Of a stretch of 50,584 nucleotides of DNA, positions 7,121 through 13,170 are shown in pieces. A program made the position numbers and the translations under genes. The notes below the pieces were generated by a model. It did no database searches. It worked only from the letters and a program-made list of their open reading frames with translations, and was not told the origin of the DNA. Origin of the DNA: a virus; the IMG/VR virus record IMGVR_UViG_3300036859_000429, positions 1 to 50,584 of that record; one strand, given 5' to 3'. How positions within the stretch are numbered: the stretch's first letter is position 1; each line of letters starts with the position of its first letter.

Positions 7121-7231
7121 CAGCACCGTACCGATGCTCGTCGGTCCAGCGAAAAGTCCTCGCGTTCACTCCGGGGCGACTCATCAGCGCAGCACGGAAG
7201 GCGAGAGACGGAGAACCGTGCGCGGGCTCGA

Positions 7232-7245
7232 CGTCAGTCAACTCC
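7232..7245 (+). repeat. early-array box copy 4
   Basis: cgtcagtcaactcc followed by gaaggag and GTG 7258. Confidence 0.85.
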
Positions 7246-7257
7246 GAAGGAGAAACC

Positions 7258-7383
7258 GTGAAATGCCCTAACTGCAAAACCAAAATGACACCACGCCTTT
7301 CGCCTCGCGGCTGGCGCTCGAACGAATGCGCGCCTTGCAACATCGTTTACATCTGCTCACGCAAACAGAAGCGCGCCGCGTGA
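7258..7383 (+). CDS. small zinc-ribbon protein (41 aa, not in ORF track)
   Basis: GTG 7258 follows box + GAAGGAG. VKCPNCKTKMTPRLSPRGWRSNECAPCNIVYICSRKQKRAA has two CxxC pairs. Confidence 0.5.
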   Translation: MKCPNCKTKMTPRLSPRGWRSNECAPCNIVYICSRKQKRAA

Positions 7384-7389
7384 AAGCGG

Positions 7390-7403
7390 CGTCAGTCAAC
7401 CCC
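7390..7403 (+). repeat. early-array box copy 5
   Basis: cgtcagtcaacccc. The hairpin cgccgc-gtgaaa-gcggcg (7374-7391) has the upstream stop codon in its loop. Followed by gaaggag and ATG 7415. Confidence 0.9.
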
Positions 7404-7414
7404 GAAGGAGAACC

Positions 7415-7771
7415 ATGTACATCCGCTCCAACATCCTGACCACGCAGAACATCCTCGATTCGCTACAGCACGCTCGCAGCGAAGGCTTCGACATCTACCT
7501 CGACGTCGACGCCGGGATCCGCGAGTTCAGCCCGCGCAGGTTCGAGCGCGGATTCAAGCTGTACTGCGAATCCCTGAACGGCAAGCGTGCGCGCAACGGT
7601 CGCGTGGGCATGGCCGCGTCGTGGGACGCGTACGGCGTCGCAATGGCGTACCTGTACGCGCTCGATCCTGACGCCGAGATCGCGTGGTACAAAAACCGCG
7701 ACGACTTCTACGAAAAGACGAGCCTCTATGCCCATCGCATGGGCGAAGCGCCGTGGCTCACCATCGCCTAG
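7415..7771 (+). CDS. hypothetical early protein (118 aa)
   Basis: ORF track. Box + SD upstream. Confidence 0.8.
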   Translation: MYIRSNILTTQNILDSLQHARSEGFDIYLDVDAGIREFSPRRFERGFKLYCESLNGKRARNGRVGMAASWDAYGVAMAYLYALDPDAEIAWYKNRDDFYEKTSLYAHRMGEAPWLTIA

Positions 7772-7793
7772 CAACATCGCCCGCTCGTGCGGG

Positions 7794-7807
7794 CGTCAGT
7801 CAACCCC
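7794..7807 (+). repeat. early-array box copy 6
   Basis: cgtcagtcaacccc. Hairpin cgcccgc-tcgt-gcgggcg (7778-7795). Followed by gaaggag and ATG 7822. Confidence 0.9.
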
Positions 7808-7821
7808 GAAGGAGAAACATC

Positions 7822-7974
7822 ATGCACGAGGAATCTTGGCAGGTCTCTTGCGACGACTGCGGGGCGATCTTCACTGAGATTTACCCCGATGGTCTAGACG
7901 GCGACGAGTCCTACTCGGACCCGAACGACCCCAAACCCTGCGACTGCGATTCTCAATACACGCTGCTCGTCTAG
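7822..7974 (+). CDS. small acidic Cys-containing protein (50 aa)
   Basis: Internal ATG of ORF 7684..7974, placed after box + SD. MHEESWQVSCDDCGAIFTEIYPDG...PCDCDSQYTLLV. Confidence 0.65.
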   Translation: MHEESWQVSCDDCGAIFTEIYPDGLDGDESYSDPNDPKPCDCDSQYTLLV

Positions 7975-7998
7975 CTAGCACCGCCCGCAACTCGCGGG

Positions 7999-8012
7999 CG
8001 TCAGTCAACCCC
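7999..8012 (+). repeat. early-array box copy 7
   Basis: cgtcagtcaacccc. Hairpin cgcccgc-aactc-gcgggcg (7982-8000). Followed by aaggagg and ATG 8025. Confidence 0.9.
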
Positions 8013-8024
8013 CAAGGAGGAACC

Positions 8025-8291
8025 ATGTTTATCCGCTACGCAATCGTCCGCAACGCACGCTCACGCCGTGAGGCCGAGGCATACTTGCCTGACAACTACC
8101 GCGTGATCTACTCGCACATCGATCCCGACAAGCGCCGCACCATCCGCGAAGAATTCGTGATCGAGGGCAAGGACGTCGCAGGTTGGACACTCGACGGCTA
8201 CGTGATCCCGCGCTACGCGTCCGGTCTGATCCAGTGCGAGGAGATTGATCTCTCGCACCCGATCATGAAAAAGGTGCCCCTCAACGCTTGA
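8025..8291 (+). CDS. hypothetical early protein (88 aa)
   Basis: ORF track. Box + SD upstream. Confidence 0.8.
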   Translation: MFIRYAIVRNARSRREAEAYLPDNYRVIYSHIDPDKRRTIREEFVIEGKDVAGWTLDGYVIPRYASGLIQCEEIDLSHPIMKKVPLNA

Positions 8292-8297
8292 GGGGCA

Positions 8298-8310
8298 CGT
8301 CAGCCACCCC
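8298..8310 (+). repeat. early-array box copy 8 (degenerate, orphan)
   Basis: cgtcagccacccc, preceded by hairpin cccctcaa-cgc-ttgagggg spanning the 8291 stop. No gene follows. Confidence 0.55.
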
Positions 8311-8335
8311 CGCCCGTTCCCGCAGGCCGGGGTGG

Positions 8336-8347
8336 CGTTAGTCCCCC
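8336..8347 (+). repeat. early-array box copy 9 (degenerate, orphan)
   Basis: cgttagtccccc, preceded by the 8-bp hairpin ccaccccg...cggggtgg. No gene follows. Confidence 0.5.
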
Positions 8348-8426
8348 GAGTCGTTCACGAATATCGGCATGGCACCTGACGCCTAGTTGCCCTGTGCCGA
8401 GGCACGAGAACGGTCAGGCCGGGGGA

Positions 8427-8440
8427 CGTCAGTCACCCCC
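8427..8440 (+). repeat. early-array box copy 10
   Basis: cgtcagtcaccccc followed by atggagg (SD) and ATG 8462. Confidence 0.8.
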
Positions 8441-8461
8441 TGCACAATGGAGGCATCCCCA

Positions 8462-8683
8462 ATGACCGCTACGACCACACTCCTAGAGCGCAACACCGCA
8501 GGCTTCGAGGTCCAGGTCACATACCTGCCAATCACCGAAACACTCGTGCTGCACGCGCGATGCAACGGCGAAGAGGCCGCAGTCACGATCGATCCCGAGC
8601 GCGTGCTCGACGCGTTCGAGCATCCGACCATGTACCTGAACGCTGCTCAAGTCGAGCAGTTGTTCGCGCGCGCCGCCGAGTAG
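8462..8683 (+). CDS. hypothetical early protein (73 aa)
   Basis: ATG 8462 lies 7 nt after GGAGG, in frame within ORF 8387..8683. Confidence 0.7.
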   Translation: MTATTTLLERNTAGFEVQVTYLPITETLVLHARCNGEEAAVTIDPERVLDAFEHPTMYLNAAQVEQLFARAAE

Positions 8684-8688
8684 GCGCG

Positions 8689-8702
8689 CGTCAGTCAACC
8701 CC
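8689..8702 (+). repeat. early-array box copy 11
   Basis: cgtcagtcaacccc. The hairpin cgcgcgcc...ggcgcgcg (8667-8690) has stop codon 8681-8683 in its loop. Followed by gggagg. Confidence 0.9.
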
Positions 8703-8716
8703 GAATGGGAGGAATC

Positions 8717-8896
8717 TTGAACGACCTAGCACACCCATATCCGCCCGGCACCCGCTTCGAGCAGGCTTGGCCCGAAGGTACGAAGCTCTGCCCTCAGTGT
8801 GAACAACCCGACAACTGCGGCGACTGCGATCACAATCCGCTCACGGCGGAACAGGTCGAGACTCTCGGCGGATGGTTCGTACCCATCAACACGTAG
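8717..8896 (+). CDS. small Cys-rich protein (59 aa; alternative ATG 8705)
   Basis: TTG 8717 lies 4 nt after GGGAGGA. An ATG at 8705 is in frame but sits inside the SD. CPQCEQPDNCGDCDH motif. Confidence 0.65.
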   Translation: MNDLAHPYPPGTRFEQAWPEGTKLCPQCEQPDNCGDCDHNPLTAEQVETLGGWFVPINT

Positions 8897-8918
8897 CTCC
8901 CCAACGCGGCTTAGGCCG

Positions 8919-8932
8919 CGTCAGTCAACCCC
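8919..8932 (+). repeat. early-array box copy 12
   Basis: cgtcagtcaacccc. Hairpin cgcggc-ttag-gccgcg (8905-8920). Followed by aaggagag and ATG 8944. Confidence 0.9.
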
Positions 8933-8943
8933 AAGGAGAGATC

Positions 8944-9195
8944 ATGCAGGGCTACAAGTACCCCGTCGAAGTCGAAGGCAACTACACGCCTGAGCCGAAC
9001 GATGAGCAGTGCCGGACGTTGCTTCGCGCGCTCTGGCATTACGCCTCAGCGTACGCCGATCACGAGCCGAATGGCATTCGTGAGATGACGATCAATGACC
9101 TGATGTGTGACCTGATCGACTCCCAGTCCAACGGCTACGGCATGACCCGCGATGAGTGGGTCGAGATCGGTCGCGCGACCGGCATCCCGGTCTGA
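8944..9195 (+). CDS. hypothetical acidic early protein (83 aa)
   Basis: Internal ATG (M25) of ORF 8872..9195, after box + SD. Confidence 0.75.
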   Translation: MQGYKYPVEVEGNYTPEPNDEQCRTLLRALWHYASAYADHEPNGIREMTINDLMCDLIDSQSNGYGMTRDEWVEIGRATGIPV

Positions 9196-9214
9196 ACCAC
9201 CGCCCCGTAAGGGG

Positions 9215-9228
9215 CGTCAGTCAACCCC
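9215..9228 (+). repeat. early-array box copy 13 (orphan)
   Basis: cgtcagtcaacccc. Hairpin cgcccc-gtaa-ggggcg (9201-9216). No SD follows, and the next box is 60 nt downstream. Confidence 0.85.
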
Positions 9229-9287
9229 GCGGGAAGTACGGTCATATTCGAGCCGTCCGGGAGCGTGCGAGGCCGCTTCCCTTCCCG

Positions 9288-9301
9288 CGTCAGTCAACCC
9301 C
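9288..9301 (+). repeat. early-array box copy 14
   Basis: cgtcagtcaacccc followed by gaaggagg and ATG 9315. Confidence 0.9.
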
Positions 9302-9314
9302 GAAGGAGGAAGCA

Positions 9315-9470
9315 ATGGAGGACGAACAGACATACGAAATCGTGCGCTTTCGCTTCAAGGAGGAAAACGAAGTGCTCGCGACCGGCGTGACACTCGAAGA
9401 GGCGCAAGAACACTGCGAGCGCGAGGACACTCACGGCGACGGGTGGTTCGACGGATACCGGGCCGAGTAA
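9315..9470 (+). CDS. small highly acidic protein (51 aa)
   Basis: Internal ATG (M54) of ORF 9156..9470, after box + SD. MEDEQTYEIVRFRFKEENEVLATGVTLEEAQEHCEREDTHGDGWFDGYRAE. Confidence 0.65.
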   Translation: MEDEQTYEIVRFRFKEENEVLATGVTLEEAQEHCEREDTHGDGWFDGYRAE

Positions 9471-9488
9471 CAAACGCCGCGTAAGCGG

Positions 9489-9503
9489 CGTCAGTCATAC
9501 CCC
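9489..9503 (+). repeat. early-array box copy 15 (variant)
   Basis: cgtcagtcatacccc. Hairpin cgccgc-gtaa-gcggcg (9475-9490). Followed by aaaggagg and GTG 9526. Confidence 0.85.
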
Positions 9504-9525
9504 AAACCGAAAGGAGGCACCCAAA

Positions 9526-10500
9526 GTGCCTGCACTATTCGAAACCGGTTTCTTCGTTCGGGAACCCGCCTGGCACGGAGAAGGGCTCGTGCTGGCCGAG
9601 TACCCCGGCCGCGAAGAGGCAATGCGGTTCGCCGGTCACGACTTCGAAGTGATCAAGCGACCGATCCAGGTTGTCGGCAACCATACCGCGCTCGACGCCG
9701 AGGACTGGAAGGCGCTCGTTAAAAGCGGCTCGACAACGATCCTGAACATCGTCCGCAACTCATACGAGGTGATCCAGAATTCGGTCGCCTACGACATCGC
9801 TGAGATGCTTTTCAGCGAAGGCTTCGAGTATGAGACGGGCATCACGCTCGACGAAGGCCGCATCTGCGCGCTGACGTTGAAGTTGGACGAGCCGATCGTG
9901 CTTCCCGGCGACGACTCGCCCGTCCTGCCGTTCGGGTGCCTGTCATGGGCGCACGACGGGTCCGGGGCGCTCCGTGTTCGCAGCGGGGCGATCCGGCAAA
10001 TGTGCGCGAACACGGTGACCGCGTCGGAAGCCGAGGGCAGACGCCTCGGGACCGACTTCACCTTCCGCCACACGAAGAACGTGCACGAGCGGATCGCCGA
10101 CGCCAAAAAGGCAGTCAGCGGTACGCGCGAGCAGTTCGACATCTACCGCAAGGTGATGGAGGAGCTTGGCCGGATCACGGTCACGCCCCATCAGCGCGAC
10201 ATGTTCGTGTCCACGATCATCGGTGACCGTGGTGGCGTGCTCAGCAGGTCGGCGAGCACGAGCGAGCGCGTCAAGAACAACCTGGAAGCGGAGCGCGCGA
10301 AGATCAACGCTCTGTTCTTCGGACCGACGATCCCCGAGGATCACACGTTGACCGGCTACGGTCTGCATCTGGCCGGGGTTGAGTACTTCGACCACCTGCG
10401 GGCGTTCCGGTCGCGGGACTCGTACGTGAAGCGCACGTTGCTGGCCGAGAACCCGGCTAAGGCGTCGCTGACACGGACGATTCGTGACCTAGTCGCCTAG
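9526..10500 (+). CDS. DUF932-like phage/plasmid protein (324 aa)
   Basis: ORF track, GTG start. N-terminus FVREPAWHGEGLVL...EEAMRFAGHDFEVIKRPIQV matches my recollection of the DUF932 / TIGR03299 family signature. Confidence 0.8.
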   Translation: MPALFETGFFVREPAWHGEGLVLAEYPGREEAMRFAGHDFEVIKRPIQVVGNHTALDAEDWKALVKSGSTTILNIVRNSYEVIQNSVAYDIAEMLFSEGFEYETGITLDEGRICALTLKLDEPIVLPGDDSPVLPFGCLSWAHDGSGALRVRSGAIRQMCANTVTASEAEGRRLGTDFTFRHTKNVHERIADAKKAVSGTREQFDIYRKVMEELGRITVTPHQRDMFVSTIIGDRGGVLSRSASTSERVKNNLEAERAKINALFFGPTIPEDHTLTGYGLHLAGVEYFDHLRAFRSRDSYVKRTLLAENPAKASLTRTIRDLVA

Positions 10501-10509
10501 GCATGAAAC

Positions 10510-10539
10510 GAGGGGATCCCATTGCGGCGGGATCCCCTC
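10510..10539 (+). terminator. 11-bp perfect GC hairpin after DUF932 gene (terminator-like, no U tract)
   Basis: gaggggatccc-attgcggc-gggatcccctc, 10 nt after the stop at 10500. Confidence 0.4.
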
Positions 10540-10559
10540 TCCACCCCGAGCCGGTAAAG

Positions 10560-10572
10560 CGTCAGTCAACCC
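10560..10572 (+). repeat. early-array box copy 16
   Basis: cgtcagtcaaccc followed by tagaaggagg and ATG 10588. Confidence 0.85.
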
Positions 10573-10587
10573 TAGAAGGAGGACGAC

Positions 10588-10857
10588 ATGGCTAACTGGA
10601 GCAACCACGAATGGGCCTTCAGGAACGACCCCCAGGAACAAGCAAAGTTCTACGACCGCGTGCAAGACAAACTCGTAGACGACGAGGGACAGATCGCAGA
10701 CGACCCGCATCCCGGCGACATGTGGCTGATCGGGCGCAAAGACATAAGCGACCGCGAATTTCTCGCACCATTGCTCGACAACGAGCCAGCGTGCGGAATT
10801 TGCGGGTGCGAGCCGAACGAGCACGCCTATTCGTGTGACGCGCGGGGCGAGGAGTGA
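10588..10857 (+). CDS. hypothetical acidic protein with C-terminal Cys cluster (89 aa)
   Basis: ORF track. Box + SD upstream. CGICGC...C motif. Confidence 0.75.
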   Translation: MANWSNHEWAFRNDPQEQAKFYDRVQDKLVDDEGQIADDPHPGDMWLIGRKDISDREFLAPLLDNEPACGICGCEPNEHAYSCDARGEE

Positions 10858-10865
10858 TCCTCGTC

Positions 10866-10877
10866 CGTCAGTCCCCC
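10866..10877 (+). repeat. early-array box copy 17 (degenerate, orphan)
   Basis: cgtcagtccccc, 9 nt after the stop at 10857. No SD or gene follows. Confidence 0.55.
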
Positions 10878-10938
10878 GAAGAACAGCACGGACGACCGCC
10901 GGTCGCACCCGGTCGCGTCGTGCGAATCGTTCGGGGGG

Positions 10939-10950
10939 CGTCAGTCAACA
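10939..10950 (+). repeat. early-array box copy 18 (variant)
   Basis: cgtcagtcaaca followed by aacccaacagaaggagag and ATG 10973. Confidence 0.8.
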
Positions 10951-10972
10951 AACCCAACAGAAGGAGAGCACC

Positions 10973-11371
10973 ATGAAACACTTTGTAGCGCTGCTTGTCC
11001 TAGCAGCCTTTCTCGCCCCGGCCGCGAACGCGGTCTCGCAGGCTCGCGATCCGCGCGTGCCGACACTCCAGCGACGCGTCGCGAACGTCGAGCGTCACGT
11101 CTCGACTATCGAGCGTCACTCCACGGACGTGGACCTGCAGATCGGTGCAATGAGCCGGGATCTCGACACCGTTCGCGAGCAGGTCACATCACTCCAGACC
11201 GCAGCCGAGCAACTGCGAACCGGGATCAACTACGTGAACGACAAAGACACCTGCTCTACAGCGCTCACGTTCGACGTCTTTCGAGTACTGATCATGGGAC
11301 TCGGCGGCGGGGACATCGGCCGTCTCGACGACAAGGGCGCATGCTCGCGAGTGAGCGTCACGCGACCGTAA
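10973..11371 (+). CDS. secreted coiled-coil protein (132 aa)
   Basis: Internal ATG of ORF 10835..11371, after box + SD. Signal-peptide-like MKHFVALLVLAAFLAPAANA followed by heptad-like repeats. Confidence 0.75.
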   Translation: MKHFVALLVLAAFLAPAANAVSQARDPRVPTLQRRVANVERHVSTIERHSTDVDLQIGAMSRDLDTVREQVTSLQTAAEQLRTGINYVNDKDTCSTALTFDVFRVLIMGLGGGDIGRLDDKGACSRVSVTRP

Positions 11372-11393
11372 AAAGCGGCGGGCCTCGGCCCGT

Positions 11394-11407
11394 CGTCAGT
11401 CAACCCC
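11394..11407 (+). repeat. early-array box copy 19
   Basis: cgtcagtcaacccc, preceded by the cgggcc/ggcccg hairpin and followed by gaaggagg and ATG 11421. Confidence 0.9.
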
Positions 11408-11420
11408 GAAGGAGGAACAC

Positions 11421-11693
11421 ATGTACGCCAACATCACGCACATCATCAGCATCACGGACTGGAGCGAAAGGGTCGAGGTCGACCACGACGACTTAGGCCG
11501 TATTCATCTGCATCTACCCGAGGTCTACCTCTCATTCCAGCCGGACGAATGGGACGCGCTCGTGATCGAAGTCGCGCGCCTACGTGGCCTCACTAGCGAA
11601 CACCCGTTCACGGGCGATACACTCGTCTCGATCCCTGGTGACCCGCTCACCGGCCCCAACTACGGCGGGCAACAGCCCGAGGAGGCAACATGA
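11421..11693 (+). CDS. hypothetical acidic protein (90 aa)
   Basis: ORF track. Box + SD upstream. Stop overlaps the next start (ATGA). Confidence 0.75.
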   Translation: MYANITHIISITDWSERVEVDHDDLGRIHLHLPEVYLSFQPDEWDALVIEVARLRGLTSEHPFTGDTLVSIPGDPLTGPNYGGQQPEEAT

Positions 11694-11965
11694 CAAAGGC
11701 GCTCGTCGGCGCAGCCGAGATCGAAGAGAAATTCGGCCTCAACCGAATGCAGGTCTACCGCCTGCTCCGCGCAGGCGACTTCCCACAACCCACCGCCGAG
11801 CTAGCGCACGGGCGCGTGTGGGATGCAGACAAGGTCGCTCTGCGAGTGCAACTGCTGCGCGAAGTCGGCCGGATCAACGCAAGCAACATCGTGGTTCCGT
11901 GGCGCTTCCTCGACGGCGGGAACTACGCACAACGACGACGACTGAAGAAGAAAACGAGCGCCTAA
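11690..11965 (+). CDS. excisionase/AlpA-like (MerR-type) HTH DNA-binding protein (91 aa)
   Basis: ORF track. AEIEEKFGLNRMQVYRLLRAGDFPQP...GRVWDADKV matches the excisionase-family HTH pattern. This is the only gene of the array without its own box. Confidence 0.75.
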   Translation: MTKALVGAAEIEEKFGLNRMQVYRLLRAGDFPQPTAELAHGRVWDADKVALRVQLLREVGRINASNIVVPWRFLDGGNYAQRRRLKKKTSA

Positions 11966-11971
11966 CGCGCT

Positions 11972-11985
11972 CGTCAGTCAACCCC
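11972..11985 (+). repeat. early-array box copy 20
   Basis: cgtcagtcaacccc. The hairpin acgagcgc-ctaac-gcgctcgt (11954-11974) has stop codon 11963-11965 in its loop. Followed by aaggagg and ATG 12002. Confidence 0.9.
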
Positions 11986-12001
11986 AACAAGGAGGCACAA
12001 C

Positions 12002-12235
12002 ATGGAAATCACATCACCGCGATACGACGTCGAGGTCGAATTGATCGGCCGGGACGGCAACGCGATGGTCTTGCTCGGCGCAGTGACGCGCGAGTTGAAG
12101 CGCCACCTGCGCAACGACTTGGGCAAGAACCCGGAAGAGACAAGCACCATCGTCGGCGAGTTCATGGCAGAAGCCACGTCCGGCGACTACGACCACCTTC
12201 TCTTGACCTGCACGAGGTGGGTCAACGTCACGTAG
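12002..12235 (+). CDS. hypothetical protein (77 aa)
   Basis: ORF track. Box + SD upstream. The ...GNAMVLLGAV...EFMAEATSGDYDHLLLTC... motif recalls a small protein family common in phages (unverified). Confidence 0.75.
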   Translation: MEITSPRYDVEVELIGRDGNAMVLLGAVTRELKRHLRNDLGKNPEETSTIVGEFMAEATSGDYDHLLLTCTRWVNVT

Positions 12236-12243
12236 AAAGACGA

Positions 12244-12263
12244 GGGGGGCCTCACGGCCCCCC
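12244..12263 (+). terminator. 8-bp GC hairpin closing the early array (terminator-like)
   Basis: ggggggcc-tcac-ggcccccc, 9 nt after the stop at 12235. Confidence 0.4.
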
Positions 12264-12264
12264 A

Positions 12265-12276
12265 AGTCAGTCACCC
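12265..12276 (+). repeat. early-array box copy 21 (degenerate, orphan)
   Basis: agtcagtcaccc directly after hairpin 12244-12263. It overlaps the stop of the minus-strand HNH gene. Confidence 0.5.
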
Positions 12277-12582
12277 GTGATGTTCCAGCGCGTGGCAGTT
12301 CGCGCAAAGCACGTCGCACTTCGCGATCTCCGCGAGTAAACGAGGATTATCGGGTGAACCTGTCCACCGCGACACATTGAAGGCCTTTGTGCTCGGATCG
12401 CGGTGATGCCAGTGCAACTGCTGTGGCGTGACAGCCTCAAAGCCACACTGCATGCAGACGCGTCCTTTCAATTCTTGAATGCGTCCTCGGAGCGAGCGAT
12501 CCATCCTCGATCGCTTCGCTCGATTCTGCTCGTTCCAACGACGCCACTGCTCCCGGCGAGCAGCCGAATCGAGGTACGGCAT
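12271..12582 (-). CDS. HNH endonuclease (103 aa)
   Basis: ORF track. CMQCG...HWHHRD...N...CANCH is the HNH/zinc-finger signature. Strong RBS GGAGGAG lies 6 nt upstream of ATG 12582. Confidence 0.85.
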   Translation of the reverse strand: MPYLDSAARREQWRRWNEQNRAKRSRMDRSLRGRIQELKGRVCMQCGFEAVTPQQLHWHHRDPSTKAFNVSRWTGSPDNPRLLAEIAKCDVLCANCHALEHHG

Positions 12583-12632
12583 CGGTTTTCTCCTCCGGGG
12601 ATGACGTCGGTTGAACTAAACGTCAGCCGGAG

Positions 12633-12638
12633 ATTCTA
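12633..12638 (-). promoter_or_regulatory. putative -10 box TAGAAT for the HNH gene
   Basis: The minus strand reads GGGCGCTAGAATCTCC, ~50 nt upstream of ATG 12582. No clear -35. Confidence 0.3.
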
Positions 12639-12653
12639 GCGCCCGAGAAAGAC

Positions 12654-12685
12654 GGAGGGGAGAAGCCGAAGCCCCTCCCCTTTTC
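12654..12685. terminator. bidirectional terminator-like hairpin
   Basis: ggagggg-agaagccgaagc-cccctcc, followed by ccttttc on + and by gtctttctc on -. It lies between the two minus-strand genes. Confidence 0.45.
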
Positions 12686-12688
12686 AAC

Positions 12689-12702
12689 CGTCAGTCATCC
12701 CC
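12689..12702 (+). repeat. early-array box copy 22 (variant, orphan)
   Basis: cgtcagtcatcccc directly after hairpin 12654-12678. No plus-strand gene follows. Confidence 0.7.
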
Positions 12703-12726
12703 TACACGAGAGTCTAGCGTAGAGCG

Positions 12727-13170
12727 TCAGCTGACGCGAGCCGCGTAGGCTTTCGCGTCCGCCTCCTTCTCCTCCTCGGTCATCTCCGTGAGGTTCGGAT
12801 TTGACCAATGCCCCTTGCCCGTGTTCGCGGGATGGGTGGCCTGCTGCGAGGCCGTCACCTGCGAGAGCCGAGCCGCGTCGTCCGGCCGGACGCGCGTGCT
12901 GACTTCGTTACCGTCCGAATCGGTCACCGTGACCGACACGTCGGGCGGTCCCGCGATCTCGGTCGTCGAGTCCTCGATCTGAGCCGCTGTCGGCATCTCG
13001 GGACGCGCTTTGACGATCCGAGACTCGCCTGTCGCCGTCTGCGGCAAGCGCAGTTCGAGGTCGGCCGGGGACTGGCCCGCCTTCGCCAGTGCCTCGGTAT
13101 CAGCGGGAGAGATGCGCTCGGCCGCAACGGACGGCGTCGAGCCAGGCGTCTCTTTCTTCTTGTCTGCCAC
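12727..13170 (-). CDS. hypothetical low-complexity protein (147 aa)
   Basis: ORF track. GTG start with strong RBS AAGGAGG 7 nt upstream. T/S/A/E-rich sequence. Confidence 0.65.
   Translation of the reverse strand: MADKKKETPGSTPSVAAERISPADTEALAKAGQSPADLELRLPQTATGESRIVKARPEMPTAAQIEDSTTEIAGPPDVSVTVTDSDGNEVSTRVRPDDAARLSQVTASQQATHPANTGKGHWSNPNLTEMTEEEKEADAKAYAARVS

Noticed and set aside
7134-7271. 45-codon ATG ORF in the gap after orphan box copy 3
   Set aside because: It has no SD and an Arg-rich junk-like translation, and it runs through the next box and SD. It is more likely a decayed cassette remnant.
11690-11965. Excisionase-like HTH as evidence for a temperate lifestyle
   Set aside because: No integrase, repressor/Cro pair, attP-like repeats or partition genes were recognised anywhere in the closed genome. 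The fold is widely used by ordinary regulators.
6616-12702. The repeated CGTCAGTCAACCCC box might be a CRISPR array
   Set aside because: The repeats are only ~14 nt. Spacing is gene-sized and highly variable (60 to 1000 bp). The 'spacers' are protein-coding genes with RBSs, and there are no cas genes.
6616-12702. Box-associated hairpins as classical intrinsic terminators, or the box as a promoter
   Set aside because: No U tract follows the stems; the box follows instead. The box ends only 11-16 nt before start codons and is immediately followed by the SD. That leaves no room for -35/-10 elements plus a leader, and the box has no TAnnnT-like hexamer.
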